This document shows, in pieces, positions 34,235-44,809 of a stretch of 64,000 nt of DNA. The notes beneath the pieces are model-generated. The model was given only the letters and a program-made list of their open reading frames with translations, did not search any database and was not told the origin of the DNA. A program made the position numbers and the translations under genes. Numbering within the stretch: the stretch's first letter is position 1; each line of letters begins with the position of its first letter. The DNA comes from Candidatus Azoamicus soli (lineage in GTDB: Bacteria > Pseudomonadota > Gammaproteobacteria > UBA6186 > Azoamicaceae): NCBI GenBank assembly GCA_043390205.1, contig DAWERN010000001.1:143942-207941 (forward strand). The letters are read 5' to 3'.

Positions 34235-34444
34235 TCAATTAATAAATTTATTAGCGCCAATTTTGTTAATTAATTTTAATCCTTTGCAAGATATTTTTAA
34301 GTGAACAAATTTATTTTTTTCTGGTATCCAAATTTTAAATTTTTGAATATTAGGAAAAAATTTTCTTTTTGTTTTTCTATTAGAGTGAGATACGTTATTA
34401 CCGCATATTGTATGTTTGCCTGTTATATAACAAAATTTTGTCAT
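34235..34444 (-). CDS. rpmB: 50S ribosomal protein L28
   Basis: CYITGK..CGNNVSHSNRKTKRKFFPNIQ. Confidence 0.96.
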   Translation of the reverse strand: MTKFCYITGKHTICGNNVSHSNRKTKRKFFPNIQKFKIWIPEKNKFVHLKISCKGLKLINKIGANKFIN

Positions 34445-34447
34445 GTT

Positions 34448-35050
34448 TTACTCCTTTTTGTTTTCTATTGGTGTTTTAGCTCCACCTGCACGTACTATTA
34501 ATAAATTTAGATTTTCTTTTTTTGATAGAATAGGTATATTAATATTGTTTGGAAATTTAATGTCTTTTAAAAAAAGAGATTTATTTGATGTGAGATATTT
34601 TAGGTCAATATTTATATGATTTGGCATATTTTCAACTGTAGTTTTAACTATTAGTGATTCCATATGTTTTATGATATATCCTCCAGCTAATATTCCTGGA
34701 GATTTTTTTTCGTCTATAAAAAAAAAGGGTACACGTGTTTTAATTATACTACTTAATTCTACTTTTTGTAGATCAATATGTGTTATATATAATTTTATAG
34801 GATGTTTTTTTATATCTTTTATTATTACTAAAAAAGTTTCGTTACTTATAGTGCAAGAAAATAAGTTTTTTTCTTTAGTTAATACTTTTAACATGTGTTC
34901 ACCATGAGCATTGTGTATATAGATAGCTTGATTATAATCTTTATTATATATCACCCCGGGTATTTTTTGATCTTTTCTTAAATGAGTTAAATAATGTTTA
35001 CTTGTTTTTGGTCGTTTGTAAGCTTCAAATGAATATATAGGTGTTGTCAT
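34448..35050 (-). CDS. rplY: 50S ribosomal protein L25/Ctc (long form)
   Basis: LRKDQKIPGVIY, HPIKLYITHIDL, SPGILAGG, PNHINIDL. True start MTTPIYSF at 35050; the longer ORF runs through a tRNA. Confidence 0.92.
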   Translation of the reverse strand: MTTPIYSFEAYKRPKTSKHYLTHLRKDQKIPGVIYNKDYNQAIYIHNAHGEHMLKVLTKEKNLFSCTISNETFLVIIKDIKKHPIKLYITHIDLQKVELSSIIKTRVPFFFIDEKKSPGILAGGYIIKHMESLIVKTTVENMPNHINIDLKYLTSNKSLFLKDIKFPNNINIPILSKKENLNLLIVRAGGAKTPIENKKE

Positions 35051-35072
35051 TGTATACCTTTTAAAATAATTG

Positions 35073-35146
35073 CTAGGGTGCCAGGATTCGAACCTGGGAA
35101 TGCAGGGATCAAAACCCTGTGCCTTAACCAACTTGGCTACACCCCA
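35073..35146 (-). tRNA. tRNA-Gln(UUG), CCA not encoded
   Basis: TGGGGTGTAGCCAAGTTGGTTAAGGCACAGGGTT-TTG-ATCCCTGCATTCCCAGGTTCGAATCCTGGCACCCTAG. Confidence 0.96.
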
Positions 35147-35157
35147 TTTTTAAAAAT

Positions 35158-35186
35158 ATTATGTAATTTTCAATAACTAATGTCAA
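35158..35186 (-). promoter_or_regulatory. Sigma70 promoter for tRNA-Gln-rplY-rpmBG-bamE-smpB
   Basis: TTGACA-N17-CATAAT on the minus strand, 11 nt upstream of the tRNA. Confidence 0.7.
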
Positions 35187-35249
35187 GCTTTTAAAGGCTT
35201 GTTTTTTTTTTTAATATAGTATAATAAATAATAAAACGAAGTATAAGTT

Positions 35250-35909
35250 ATGAGACAAATAGCTTTAGATACAGAAACAACAGGGTTGTTATGCTATGAT
35301 GGTCATAGGATAATAGAGTTAGGTTGTGTGGAATTAATAGACAGAAAAATAACTGGAAAAATTTTTCATTCTTATTTGAATCCTAATAGAAAAATAGATC
35401 CTATAGCTAAAGACATTACTGGATTGAATGAAAATTTTTTACAAAGTAAGCCTGAATTTTCACATATTGTAAATGATTTTTTTGATTTTATAGATAAGTC
35501 AGATGAATTGATTATTCATAATGCTATTTTTGATATAAATTTTATAAATAATGAATTGCATTTAGTTAATTTTAAAATAAATGATATTCGTAAGCATTTT
35601 AAGATATTTGATACTTTAACTTTTTCTAGAAAAAAACATCCTGGGAAAAAAAATAATTTAGATGCATTGTGCAGAAGATATAATATTGATAATCGTGAAA
35701 GAAGCGTACACGGTGCTCTTATTGATGCTGAATTATTAGCTAAAGTTTATTTAGCCATGACATCAAATCAAAATGAACTTGGATATATCAGAGATTTTAA
35801 TGTAACTAATATTTTTTGTGATTTACATGTAGAAACATTGAAAGCAAATGTTCAGGATGTTAAAAAACACGTAGCATTTCTTAGAGATATAAAACAACAT
35901 GTTTTATGA
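35250..35909 (+). CDS. dnaQ: DNA polymerase III epsilon subunit
   Basis: MRQIALDTETTG, HRIIELG, IHNAIFD, NLDALCRRY, HGALIDAELLA. Confidence 0.97.
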   Translation: MRQIALDTETTGLLCYDGHRIIELGCVELIDRKITGKIFHSYLNPNRKIDPIAKDITGLNENFLQSKPEFSHIVNDFFDFIDKSDELIIHNAIFDINFINNELHLVNFKINDIRKHFKIFDTLTFSRKKHPGKKNNLDALCRRYNIDNRERSVHGALIDAELLAKVYLAMTSNQNELGYIRDFNVTNIFCDLHVETLKANVQDVKKHVAFLRDIKQHVL

Positions 35910-37690
35910 TTAAAATAAGTAATGTGAGAAATTTTTCAGTAATAGCACATATTAATCATGGAAAATCTACATTAGCAGATAGGTTTTTAGAAATATGTAG
36001 AAATTTGAAGTTGAAAAAAACTGAGGAACAATGTTTAGATACCATGGATATTGAACGAGAACGTGGTATAACTATTAAAGCGCAGTGTTTGACATTAGAA
36101 TATACGTTTAATAGCGATAAGTATTTATTAAATTTAATAGATACTCCAGGACACACTGATTTTTCTTACGAAGTTAATAGGTCTTTGAGTGCATGCGAAG
36201 GTGTTATTTTATTAATAGATGTTACTAAAGGTATTCAAGCGCAAACAATTTCTAATTATAATAAAGCATTAGAAAAAAATTTAAGTATAATTGTTGTTTT
36301 AAATAAAGTTGATTTAAATATAAAGAAAGATAATATTATAGCTGATATTGAGTGTATTTTAGGTGTTCATCAAATTATTCAGGTAAGTGCAAAAACCGGT
36401 TATGGTGTTAAAGAATTAATTGAGTGTGTTATTCAGAAAATTCCATCACCTAAAGAAATTGATTCTGCAGATTTTACATCATTGATTATTGATGCATGGT
36501 TTGATCAGTATATTGGAATTACATGTTTAGTTAAAGTTAAAAGTGGAGAAATTAGACGAAATGATAAAGTTGTTTTGTCTTTTAATAAAAAAGTTTATAA
36601 AATTAGTGAGATTGGAATATTTATTCCTGAAAAAAAAATTAAAGATAAGTTATGTTTTGGTGAAATAGGATTTGTTAGTTTTGCAGCTAAAGATTTAGAA
36701 GATATAAAAGTAGGTACGTATATTCATTCTGAAAAGAGTGTTTGTTTTGATATTTTTCCTAAAAAAGATTTTTTACCAAAAGTTTATGCTAATATTTATC
36801 CAATTAATAGTGATGATTTTGCTTTATTAAAAAAAGCTGTCTTAAAGTTATCATTAAATGATTCGTCATTAATTTTTGTTGTACAAAAATCACAGCTCTT
36901 CGGTTTTGGATTTAGATGTGGGTTTTTAGGAGTACTTCATTTGGAAGTAACAAAGGAACGTTTAGAAAGAGAATATAACTTAGAGATAATTGTTACGCCG
37001 CCTAACATAACATTTAAAATTGTAACTATTAAATTACAAGAAATATATATATCCAGTCCATATGAGATAGATAATATTAATTGTATTAAAGAAATACAGG
37101 AGCAAATTACTTTAACTACAATTATAACGCCAATGGAATATCTTGGAAAAATTATGCAATTATGTATTCAGTCACGTGGTATTAAAGATGATATTACATA
37201 TCTTGGAGACAAAATATATCTTAAATATAAAATTCCATTAAATGAAATGATATTTAATTTTTTTAGTCAGTTACAAACAATAAGTAATGGGTTTGCTTCT
37301 TTAGATTATGAAATTCTTGGGTATGTAAAAGCTGATTTAAATAAGTTAACAATATTAATAAATAATAAAAAGCTTGATGCATTGGAATTTATTGTTCATA
37401 ACGATAAAATTCGCAAAATGAGCGTTGATCTGATAGAAAAAATTAAGACTATTATTCCTAGACAATTATTTGAAGTAAAAATACAAGCTGCTGTTGGTAA
37501 AAAAATAATAGCAAAAGGTCTTATTAAAGCATTAAAAAAAAATGTTTTAGCTAAATGTTATGGTGGTGATATTACACGAAAAAAAAAATTACTTGAAAAA
37601 CAAAAGCTTGGTAAAAGAAAATTAAAAAAAATAGGTAATGTAGAAATCCCGCATGATGCTTTTATTAGAATAATGAATTTAAATAAATAA
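35906..37690 (+). CDS. lepA: Elongation factor 4 (LepA)
   Basis: RNFSVIAHINHGKSTLADR, ERERGITIK, DTPGH, GFRCGFLGVLH, AKCYGGDITRKKKLL. Confidence 0.98.
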   Translation: MIKISNVRNFSVIAHINHGKSTLADRFLEICRNLKLKKTEEQCLDTMDIERERGITIKAQCLTLEYTFNSDKYLLNLIDTPGHTDFSYEVNRSLSACEGVILLIDVTKGIQAQTISNYNKALEKNLSIIVVLNKVDLNIKKDNIIADIECILGVHQIIQVSAKTGYGVKELIECVIQKIPSPKEIDSADFTSLIIDAWFDQYIGITCLVKVKSGEIRRNDKVVLSFNKKVYKISEIGIFIPEKKIKDKLCFGEIGFVSFAAKDLEDIKVGTYIHSEKSVCFDIFPKKDFLPKVYANIYPINSDDFALLKKAVLKLSLNDSSLIFVVQKSQLFGFGFRCGFLGVLHLEVTKERLEREYNLEIIVTPPNITFKIVTIKLQEIYISSPYEIDNINCIKEIQEQITLTTIITPMEYLGKIMQLCIQSRGIKDDITYLGDKIYLKYKIPLNEMIFNFFSQLQTISNGFASLDYEILGYVKADLNKLTILINNKKLDALEFIVHNDKIRKMSVDLIEKIKTIIPRQLFEVKIQAAVGKKIIAKGLIKALKKNVLAKCYGGDITRKKKLLEKQKLGKRKLKKIGNVEIPHDAFIRIMNLNK

Positions 37691-37692
37691 TT

Positions 37693-38349
37693 ATGGATAA
37701 AAAAATATTATATAAGGATTATTTTGAATTATTAATTATTATAATTTTGGTAATGTTAGTTAGGTTTATTGTTATAGAACCTTTTAGAATTCCTTCAGCG
37801 TCTATGAAACCAACATTAATTACCGGTGATTTTATTTTTGCTCATAAATTTATATATGCCTTGCACGTTCCATTTGTTAAAAAATGTTTTAATGTTACAA
37901 ATCCTCAAAGAGGTGATATTATAATCTTTTATAATGATAATATACGTTACGTAAAACGGTTAATTGGTGTTGTTTCAGATCTTGTTGTTTATAAAAAAAA
38001 AACATTATATCTTAATAATATACGTGTGAAAAAGAAAAAAATAGTATGTCAATATAGCTATTCTAGTAAAAAAAAGTGTTTGGCATTTGAATATTTAACA
38101 CCAAAAAATGAATATATTATTAAAATTAAAAATAAACATTATTCATATGAAAATGATTATGTGAATAAAAAACTAGATGTTAATTATTTTTTTGTGCTTG
38201 GGGATAATAGAGATAATAGTCACGATAGTAGAGTTTTTGGTTTTGTAGATAGATTAAAAGTTCGTGGTAAAGTTATAATTATTTGGATAAGTTTTGATTT
38301 TTACAAAATAGATTTACGTTGGAATAGATTTTTAAATGTTGTAATATGA
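37693..38349 (+). CDS. lepB: Signal peptidase I
   Basis: EPFRIPSASMKPTL, YVKRLIG, GDNRDNSHDSRVFG. Confidence 0.96.
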   Translation: MDKKILYKDYFELLIIIILVMLVRFIVIEPFRIPSASMKPTLITGDFIFAHKFIYALHVPFVKKCFNVTNPQRGDIIIFYNDNIRYVKRLIGVVSDLVVYKKKTLYLNNIRVKKKKIVCQYSYSSKKKCLAFEYLTPKNEYIIKIKNKHYSYENDYVNKKLDVNYFFVLGDNRDNSHDSRVFGFVDRLKVRGKVIIIWISFDFYKIDLRWNRFLNVVI

Positions 38350-39140
38350 ATAAGATTATCTCGATTATAGGTAGATCAAATGTCGGTAAATCTAGTTTAT
38401 TTAATAATTTAATTAAAAAAGAGATTTCTATAGTAACTAATAAAAGGTATACCACAAACAGGTGTGTTGAAATTGAGAGTAAAAATAATTTTGTTTTAAT
38501 AGATACACCTGGTCCTATAATTAAAAAATTACCTGTAGATTTTTATAATACAAATAAGTTAATATATAGCGCTATCAATAAATCTGACATACTGATTGTT
38601 ATGGTGACGCAAGATTTAATATCAGATGATTTTTTTATATTGGATTTAATTAAAAATCTTAATAAACCAAAGGTGTTGTTAATTTCTAAAGTTGATAAGA
38701 TTAAAACTAAACATATCTTGTTGTCATTAATATATAAATTATCACAATATAGTATATTTGATGCTATTTTCCCTTTATCAAATTTAACTTTATTTAATAT
38801 AGAAAGGTTAAAGGTTTTTTTGAACATTTCTGAAAACGTGTTTTTTTCATGTAATGTTATAACTACTGATTTGGTATTAGATGCAGTAAGACAAGTACTA
38901 TTAACTTTATTATCTAATGAGTTACCTTATAATATAACGGTTAGTCTCAGAAATAATGATAATATTATTAATTCTAAGAATTTGTATTTAATATTTTTTT
39001 TGAAAAAAGAATGTCAAAAAAAAATTATTGTTGGTAAAAATGGAAATATGATTAAATCAATAGTTAAAGATATTCATACTAAATTAAAGCTTTTATCTTT
39101 AAATATAGAAAAAATAGATATTAAGTTTAAATATTGCTAG
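38346..39140 (+). CDS. era: GTPase Era
   Basis: GRSNVGKSSL, DTPG, ELPY, QKKIIVGKNGNMIK (KH domain). Confidence 0.93.
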   Translation: MNKIISIIGRSNVGKSSLFNNLIKKEISIVTNKRYTTNRCVEIESKNNFVLIDTPGPIIKKLPVDFYNTNKLIYSAINKSDILIVMVTQDLISDDFFILDLIKNLNKPKVLLISKVDKIKTKHILLSLIYKLSQYSIFDAIFPLSNLTLFNIERLKVFLNISENVFFSCNVITTDLVLDAVRQVLLTLLSNELPYNITVSLRNNDNIINSKNLYLIFFLKKECQKKIIVGKNGNMIKSIVKDIHTKLKLLSLNIEKIDIKFKYC

Positions 39141-39142
39141 TT

Positions 39143-39499
39143 ATGATAGTAAATATTGGTATTGATGTAGTTGAAAAGAAAAGGATAAAAAAGATTTTTT
39201 GGAAGTATAGAAGACGTTTTGTGACAAAAATATTGAGTTTAGAAGAACTTGTAATTTTTAATGTAAAGAACGATAAAATAGAATTTTTGTCCAAAATATT
39301 CGCTATTAAAGAAGCTATAGTAAAAGCTTTAGGAACTGGGGTTAGAAATAGATTGTCTTTTAAAAATATTAATATAGTTAATAATTATATAGGAAAACCT
39401 TTTATTACAGATAATGAAAAAAATAAATTTTTTTTAACTGTTTCTCATGAAAAAAATGTTGTGATAGTGATGGTTATAATAATTACTAATTTACATTAA
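39143..39499 (+). CDS. acpS: Holo-ACP synthase
   Basis: IGIDVVEKKRI, FAIKEAIVKALGTG, GKP, VSHE; ATG at 39143. Confidence 0.93.
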   Translation: MIVNIGIDVVEKKRIKKIFWKYRRRFVTKILSLEELVIFNVKNDKIEFLSKIFAIKEAIVKALGTGVRNRLSFKNINIVNNYIGKPFITDNEKNKFFLTVSHEKNVVIVMVIIITNLH

Positions 39500-40754
39500 T
39501 TAAACGTTGACCATTCATATACTTTATTAAAACATCTGGAATTAGTATATTCCCATTAACATCTGAATAATTTTCAATTATTGCTAACAAGATTCTTCCT
39601 ATTGCTAAGCCTGATCCATTTAAAATATGTGGATATTCTGCAGTGACGCGGCTTTTTATTTTAGTTTTCATCCTTAGTGATTGGAATGTTTCTGTGTTGC
39701 TGCATGATGATACTTCTATATACATTTTTCTTTTTGGAAACCAAATTTCTAAATCATAAGTTTTCGCAGAGCTAAAGCCTGTATCACCGCTACACAAAGA
39801 TACTAATCTATAAGACATATTTAAATTTTGTATAACAGTTTCTGCGTTATTTACCAGTTCTTCTAATGCATCGTAAGCTTTTTCAGGGACAACTATTTTT
39901 ACTAATTCAACTTTATCGAATTGATGTTGGCGTATTAAACCTTTCACTTTGCATCCATAGTTACCTTTTTCTTTTCTAAAACACGATGTTTTAGATACAA
40001 GTTTAATTGGCAATTTCTGCTCTGATATAGTCGTGTTACTAAAAAAATTTGATAAGACTACTTCGGCTGTTGGAATTAGCCATAAATTTGTATTAATTAT
40101 ATTAAATTGATCATAAAAAAATTTTGGAAAATGACCACTATTAAACATTGTGTTCTCGTTTACTAGCAAAGGCGAATATATTTCTTTATAGCCGTGTTTA
40201 TAAATGTGTAAATCTAACATATAATTTCCTATAGCTCTATGTAAAGATGCTAAAGCATCTTTAAATATCACAAAACCAGCACCAGATATTTTTGCTGATA
40301 AATCAAAATCTATATAATTTTTATTTAATTCTATATCTTTTGAAATATAGTGTTTTTTTACTTGTATGTCAACTTTTTCAAATAAGCGTAATTCAATATT
40401 CTCTAAATTTGATTTTCCAATTGGCACTGACGTGTCTAATATATTTGGAATAGATAGTAAAATATTTTTTAAATTGCCTTCTAAATATATTAATTTATAT
40501 TTTTTTTCAGTTATTATTTTTTTTAACTTATTTGATTCAATAGTAAAATAGTTATATGCAAATATGATGTTTTTTAAATTCTTAATTAATAAAGATATCA
40601 AATTATGTTTGTATTGTAATTTATATATTATGTTTTTTTGTTTCTTTATTTTTGAATTTAATTCAAAAAAAAAGACATGATCAAAAGTTATTTGTCTTTT
40701 TATCAAACTATCTATATATTTTTTATATAATAACGGCGTTTTTATATCAATCAT
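39486..40754 (-). CDS. serS: Serine--tRNA ligase
   Basis: LIPTAEV, CFRKE, GLIRQHQFDKVE, KTYDLEIW, EVSSCSN, LNGSGLAIGR. Confidence 0.98.
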   Translation of the reverse strand: MIDIKTPLLYKKYIDSLIKRQITFDHVFFFELNSKIKKQKNIIYKLQYKHNLISLLIKNLKNIIFAYNYFTIESNKLKKIITEKKYKLIYLEGNLKNILLSIPNILDTSVPIGKSNLENIELRLFEKVDIQVKKHYISKDIELNKNYIDFDLSAKISGAGFVIFKDALASLHRAIGNYMLDLHIYKHGYKEIYSPLLVNENTMFNSGHFPKFFYDQFNIINTNLWLIPTAEVVLSNFFSNTTISEQKLPIKLVSKTSCFRKEKGNYGCKVKGLIRQHQFDKVELVKIVVPEKAYDALEELVNNAETVIQNLNMSYRLVSLCSGDTGFSSAKTYDLEIWFPKRKMYIEVSSCSNTETFQSLRMKTKIKSRVTAEYPHILNGSGLAIGRILLAIIENYSDVNGNILIPDVLIKYMNGQRLINVN

Positions 40755-40759
40755 AATTA

Positions 40760-41182
40760 TTAAAATGGAGTTTTATTATCAAATGGTACAAAATCATTTC
40801 CTTCTATGTCATCTTTTTTGACATCTGTCTTTTTGTCTAATTGTGTCTTTTTATTATTAATAATTTGAATACTAGAAGCAATTATTTCTGTTGTGTTTTT
40901 TATTCCTGAATCAGAGTTCCATGTATTATTTTTTAGCGAACCTTCTATAAATACTAATGTCCCTTTTGTTATAAAGTTTGCTGTAAATTCCGCCAGTTTA
41001 TTGTAAATTGTTATTTTGTGCCATTCTGTTTTAGTTATAATATTATTGTTTTTATCTTTCCATGTTTCATTTGTAGCGACATTAATTTTTACTACTGGAG
41101 TACCATTAGTTATGTATTTTAAAACAGGATCTGTGCCAATATGACCTAAAATGAAAACTTTATTAATACTATTTTTTAGCAT
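40760..41182 (-). CDS. ssb: Single-stranded DNA-binding protein
   Basis: INKVFILGHIGTDP, ATNETWKD, TEWH, acidic C-terminal ...PF tail. Confidence 0.97.
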   Translation of the reverse strand: MLKNSINKVFILGHIGTDPVLKYITNGTPVVKINVATNETWKDKNNNIITKTEWHKITIYNKLAEFTANFITKGTLVFIEGSLKNNTWNSDSGIKNTTEIIASSIQIINNKKTQLDKKTDVKKDDIEGNDFVPFDNKTPF

Positions 41183-41194
41183 ACTTTATCCACT

Positions 41195-43786
41195 TTAATT
41201 TTTCCCGTGACAATATTTATATTTTTTTCCGGAATTACAATTACACAGGTCATTTCGTCCAAGTTTAGTTGGCGTTAGTTTAATTTCTTGTTTATTGTGA
41301 TTTATCAAACCTGTGTCATTATAAATTAATTTTTCATTTAATTCTACTTCTATATTATTATTTGTTTTAATATTTTCGTTTGATAGTTTGAAAAAACATA
41401 TCATAAATTCAACTTGTGATGTATTTAACATATCATTGAATAAATAAAAAGATTCATTTTTATATTCTAATTTTGGATCTTTTTGAGCGTAACCTCTTAA
41501 ATGGATTCCAGCTTTTAGAATATCTAGATTTATTAAATGTTCTTTCCATTTTATATCTAATATATTTAATAATAATATTTTGCATAATGATAAAAGTAAT
41601 AAGTTATTATATATTTTAGTTTTTTTTAATAAATATTCATTGTAAAGTGTATTTATTATCGTTGTTTTTATTTGATTTATTATAACTGATGTTGAATTGT
41701 CAAGTGTTATGTTTAAATTAAATTTTTTATTAAATTCAAAAATAAATGTTTTATTTTTTATAGGTGTCTCTAATAAAAAATTTTCATGAAAATTGTTTAC
41801 AATATCTATAAGTAAATCCTTAAATAATGAATCAAAATTTTCTGCAAATATTATTGCATTTCTATAATCATAAAAAACTATACGCTGTTCATTTATTATA
41901 TCATCATATTCTAATAATTGTTTTCGTATATCAAAATTGTGGTTTTCTATTTTACGTTGAGCACTACGTATCATATTATCAATTAGTTTATGACTAATTG
42001 TTTCATTATTAGAAGTTTTTAATTTGTCTAATAGAGTTAATGTTTTATCACCTATAAAAATACGTATCAAGTCATCTTCTAATGATAAATAAAATTGACT
42101 TTCTCCAGGATCTCCTTGGCGACCAGATCTACCTCTTAATTGATTGTCTATTCTTCTAGCTTCGTGTCTTTCAACACCTATTACTCTTAATCCACCTAAT
42201 GCTACAATTTTTTTATAATTTTCTTGTTGTTTTTGAGATACGATAGAACCACCTAACACTATATCTGTGCCTCTTCCAGCCATGTTTGTAGCTATAGTAA
42301 CACTATATAAATTCCCAGCATTGGCAATAATTGTTGATTCTTTTTCATGATGTTTAGCGTTTAAAATGCTATGTTGGATGTTCTGTTGTTGGAGTATTTT
42401 TGATAAAAATTCTGATACACTAATTGAAGTTGTTCCTACTAAAATTGGTTTTCCAAGTATATTATTTTTTTTTATATCATTTACTATTGCTAAAAACTTT
42501 TTTTCTTTAGTCAAAAAAATAATATCTGGAAAATCTATTCTGATGGTAGGTTTATTTGTAGGCACAACAATAACCTCTAATCCATATATATTTTCAAATT
42601 CTATAGCTTCAGTCATAGCAGTCCCTGTCATACCAGATTTTTTTTTGTATAATCTGAAATAGTTTTGAAATGTTATTGTTGCTAGAGTTTGATTTTCATT
42701 TTTAATAGGGATATTTTCTTTTGCTTCTATTGCTTGATGGATGCCATCCCCCCATCTTCTTCCTTCCATTATTCGTCCAGTATTTTCATCGATTATTACT
42801 GCGGAGTTTTTATCTATTATATAATCTATATCTTTTTTAAAAAAATAATGAGCTTTTAATGATGCATAAATTATATGAAGAAGTTCTATATTTTTAACAT
42901 CATGAAGACTTATTTGATAGTCAAGTATTTTATGATTTTTTAATAGTAATTCTATTTTATTAAAACCATTGTCAGTTAAATATATCTGTTTTGATTTTTC
43001 ATCAATTATAAAATCACCAGTGACATGTTTTTCATTATTACACTTTAAATTCTTTATTAAATTGTTAATTAAAACATATAAACTTTTATTAGTGTTATCT
43101 GGAAGTGATATTATTAATGGTGTTCTTGCTTCATCAATTAATATAGAATCAGCTTCATCTAATATTACATATATTAATTCATTTTGAACTTTTTCTGACA
43201 GCGTTGTTACTATATTATCTCTTAAATAATCAAATCCAAATTCACTACTTGTACCATAAATTATTTGTGCTTTGTATGCTTGTTTTTTTTGTTCTAATGT
43301 CATGCTTGGAATTATAATGCCAATTGATATATTTAGAAAATTATAAATTGGCATCATCCATGTAGCATCGCGTTTTGCTAAGTAATCGTTTACTGTTATT
43401 ATATGTACATTTTTATTTATTAATGCGTAAAAGCATGCTGGTAATGTAGCAATTAATGTTTTTCCTTCACCTGTTGCTATTTCAGCTATTTTGTTATCAT
43501 GTAGTGCTAGTCCTCCAATAATTTGTACATCAAAATGTCTCATGCTTAATGTTCTTTTTGCTACTTCTCTTGTTAAAGCATAAACTTTTATTATAAGAGC
43601 TTGTTCATTAATATGCGATGTTGAGTAGTCAGTTTTTAATTTTAGATAGGTATCTTTTAAGTTTTCATCACTTAATGTTGCGTAATATTGTTCTAACAAA
43701 TTAATTTTTGCTAAAATATCTTTATATTTTTTTATTAAGCGATCATTTCTTGACCCTATTATTTTTTTTATAAAATTGAAAAACAT
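41195..43786 (-). CDS. secA: Preprotein translocase subunit SecA
   Basis: RHFDVQ, TGEGKT, TVNDYLA, GFDYLRDN, ATNMAGRGTDI, QLRGRSGRQGDPG, C-terminal CNCNSGKKYKYCHG. Confidence 0.99.
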   Translation of the reverse strand: MFFNFIKKIIGSRNDRLIKKYKDILAKINLLEQYYATLSDENLKDTYLKLKTDYSTSHINEQALIIKVYALTREVAKRTLSMRHFDVQIIGGLALHDNKIAEIATGEGKTLIATLPACFYALINKNVHIITVNDYLAKRDATWMMPIYNFLNISIGIIIPSMTLEQKKQAYKAQIIYGTSSEFGFDYLRDNIVTTLSEKVQNELIYVILDEADSILIDEARTPLIISLPDNTNKSLYVLINNLIKNLKCNNEKHVTGDFIIDEKSKQIYLTDNGFNKIELLLKNHKILDYQISLHDVKNIELLHIIYASLKAHYFFKKDIDYIIDKNSAVIIDENTGRIMEGRRWGDGIHQAIEAKENIPIKNENQTLATITFQNYFRLYKKKSGMTGTAMTEAIEFENIYGLEVIVVPTNKPTIRIDFPDIIFLTKEKKFLAIVNDIKKNNILGKPILVGTTSISVSEFLSKILQQQNIQHSILNAKHHEKESTIIANAGNLYSVTIATNMAGRGTDIVLGGSIVSQKQQENYKKIVALGGLRVIGVERHEARRIDNQLRGRSGRQGDPGESQFYLSLEDDLIRIFIGDKTLTLLDKLKTSNNETISHKLIDNMIRSAQRKIENHNFDIRKQLLEYDDIINEQRIVFYDYRNAIIFAENFDSLFKDLLIDIVNNFHENFLLETPIKNKTFIFEFNKKFNLNITLDNSTSVIINQIKTTIINTLYNEYLLKKTKIYNNLLLLSLCKILLLNILDIKWKEHLINLDILKAGIHLRGYAQKDPKLEYKNESFYLFNDMLNTSQVEFMICFFKLSNENIKTNNNIEVELNEKLIYNDTGLINHNKQEIKLTPTKLGRNDLCNCNSGKKYKYCHGKN

Positions 43787-43843
43787 AAGTATAACAATAA
43801 AAAGATAATGTGTATATTATTTTATCATAAATTTTAATTTTTG

Positions 43844-44521
43844 CTATGATGGTTCTGTTAAAAAATCATTCTTATTAGTAGTTTTAAAATTATTTTGTAA
43901 AAAAACACTTTTTAAAAAAGAATAGCCATCTAATATGGAAGTATGAAAAAAATTGATATCATATATTAAAGTTGTTTTTTTGTTAATAATATATAAAAAA
44001 TAATAAATAAATATATTTTTATTGAAATAAATTAATGGATTCCAAAATTGATGTAATATTAAAAAACAATGGGTTTTTATTGTTCCTGGACCTAGAATTG
44101 GTAGTATTAAATATTTTGAATAAAATTTATTTTGAAGTATATCAGTTTTTACTGATAAATTAAATGTTATTAAATTTAATATTTTTGTATTATCTACCAG
44201 ACCAAAACAATCAAGAGATGTATTTATGAGTTCTTTGATTATTTTTTTTTTATTATAAGCTTCGTTGGTAAATATTATATTAAAAAAAATATCTTCGATA
44301 TTTTCTATATTTGTAAAAAAATTGTTTAAATTAGATTTAAAACTACTAGGTAGTAGTTTTGTATATAGATTAATGGTTGGATTATAAAAAAAATAATCTA
44401 TTCCTCTGTTAAGATTGTAAATACGTCTATTAATATACTCAAGGTCAGTTGTAAGTGTATAAATTTTTGTATTTAATTCTACAAATAAATAAATTAGTAA
44501 TAATAAATAAAGTTTTTTCAT
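43844..44521 (-). CDS. mlaA: MlaA/VacJ-family outer-membrane lipid asymmetry protein (degenerate)
   Basis: INRRIYNLN..ID, NFFTN, INTS...FGLVD, YLILPILGP. Confidence 0.75.
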   Translation of the reverse strand: MKKLYLLLLIYLFVELNTKIYTLTTDLEYINRRIYNLNRGIDYFFYNPTINLYTKLLPSSFKSNLNNFFTNIENIEDIFFNIIFTNEAYNKKKIIKELINTSLDCFGLVDNTKILNLITFNLSVKTDILQNKFYSKYLILPILGPGTIKTHCFLILHQFWNPLIYFNKNIFIYYFLYIINKKTTLIYDINFFHTSILDGYSFLKSVFLQNNFKTTNKNDFLTEPS

Positions 44522-44809
44522 TTTTTTTTAGTTAATAAAAATTTTTATGGATAATAAAAATTATTAAAAGTACAATTCAGTTAAATTAATTTATATTGAT
44601 ATATGATCGTGTTAATATTTTATAATTGTTTGTTGTTTTTTATGATATAGCTGATATTTTTATCTATTTTTATTATATTAATATATTTTTTTGTATTTTA
44701 AAAAGAATGAATATATAATTCTAATAAGAGATATTAATAAAAAATATTGATATATGCAAAATTTGTTTATAGTGTTATTTACTATAAATCTATTAATTGT
44801 AATAAAATA

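Noticed and set aside
35051-35131. N-terminal extension of rplY in the ORF track (MVKAQGFDPCIPRFESWHP)
   Set aside because: It is a translation of tRNA-Gln; the real start is ATG 35050.
41187-41195. DnaA-box-like TTATCCACT between secA and ssb
   Set aside because: A single mismatched copy in a 12-nt gap, away from the strand-bias switch; more likely the ssb ribosome-binding region (GTGGA).
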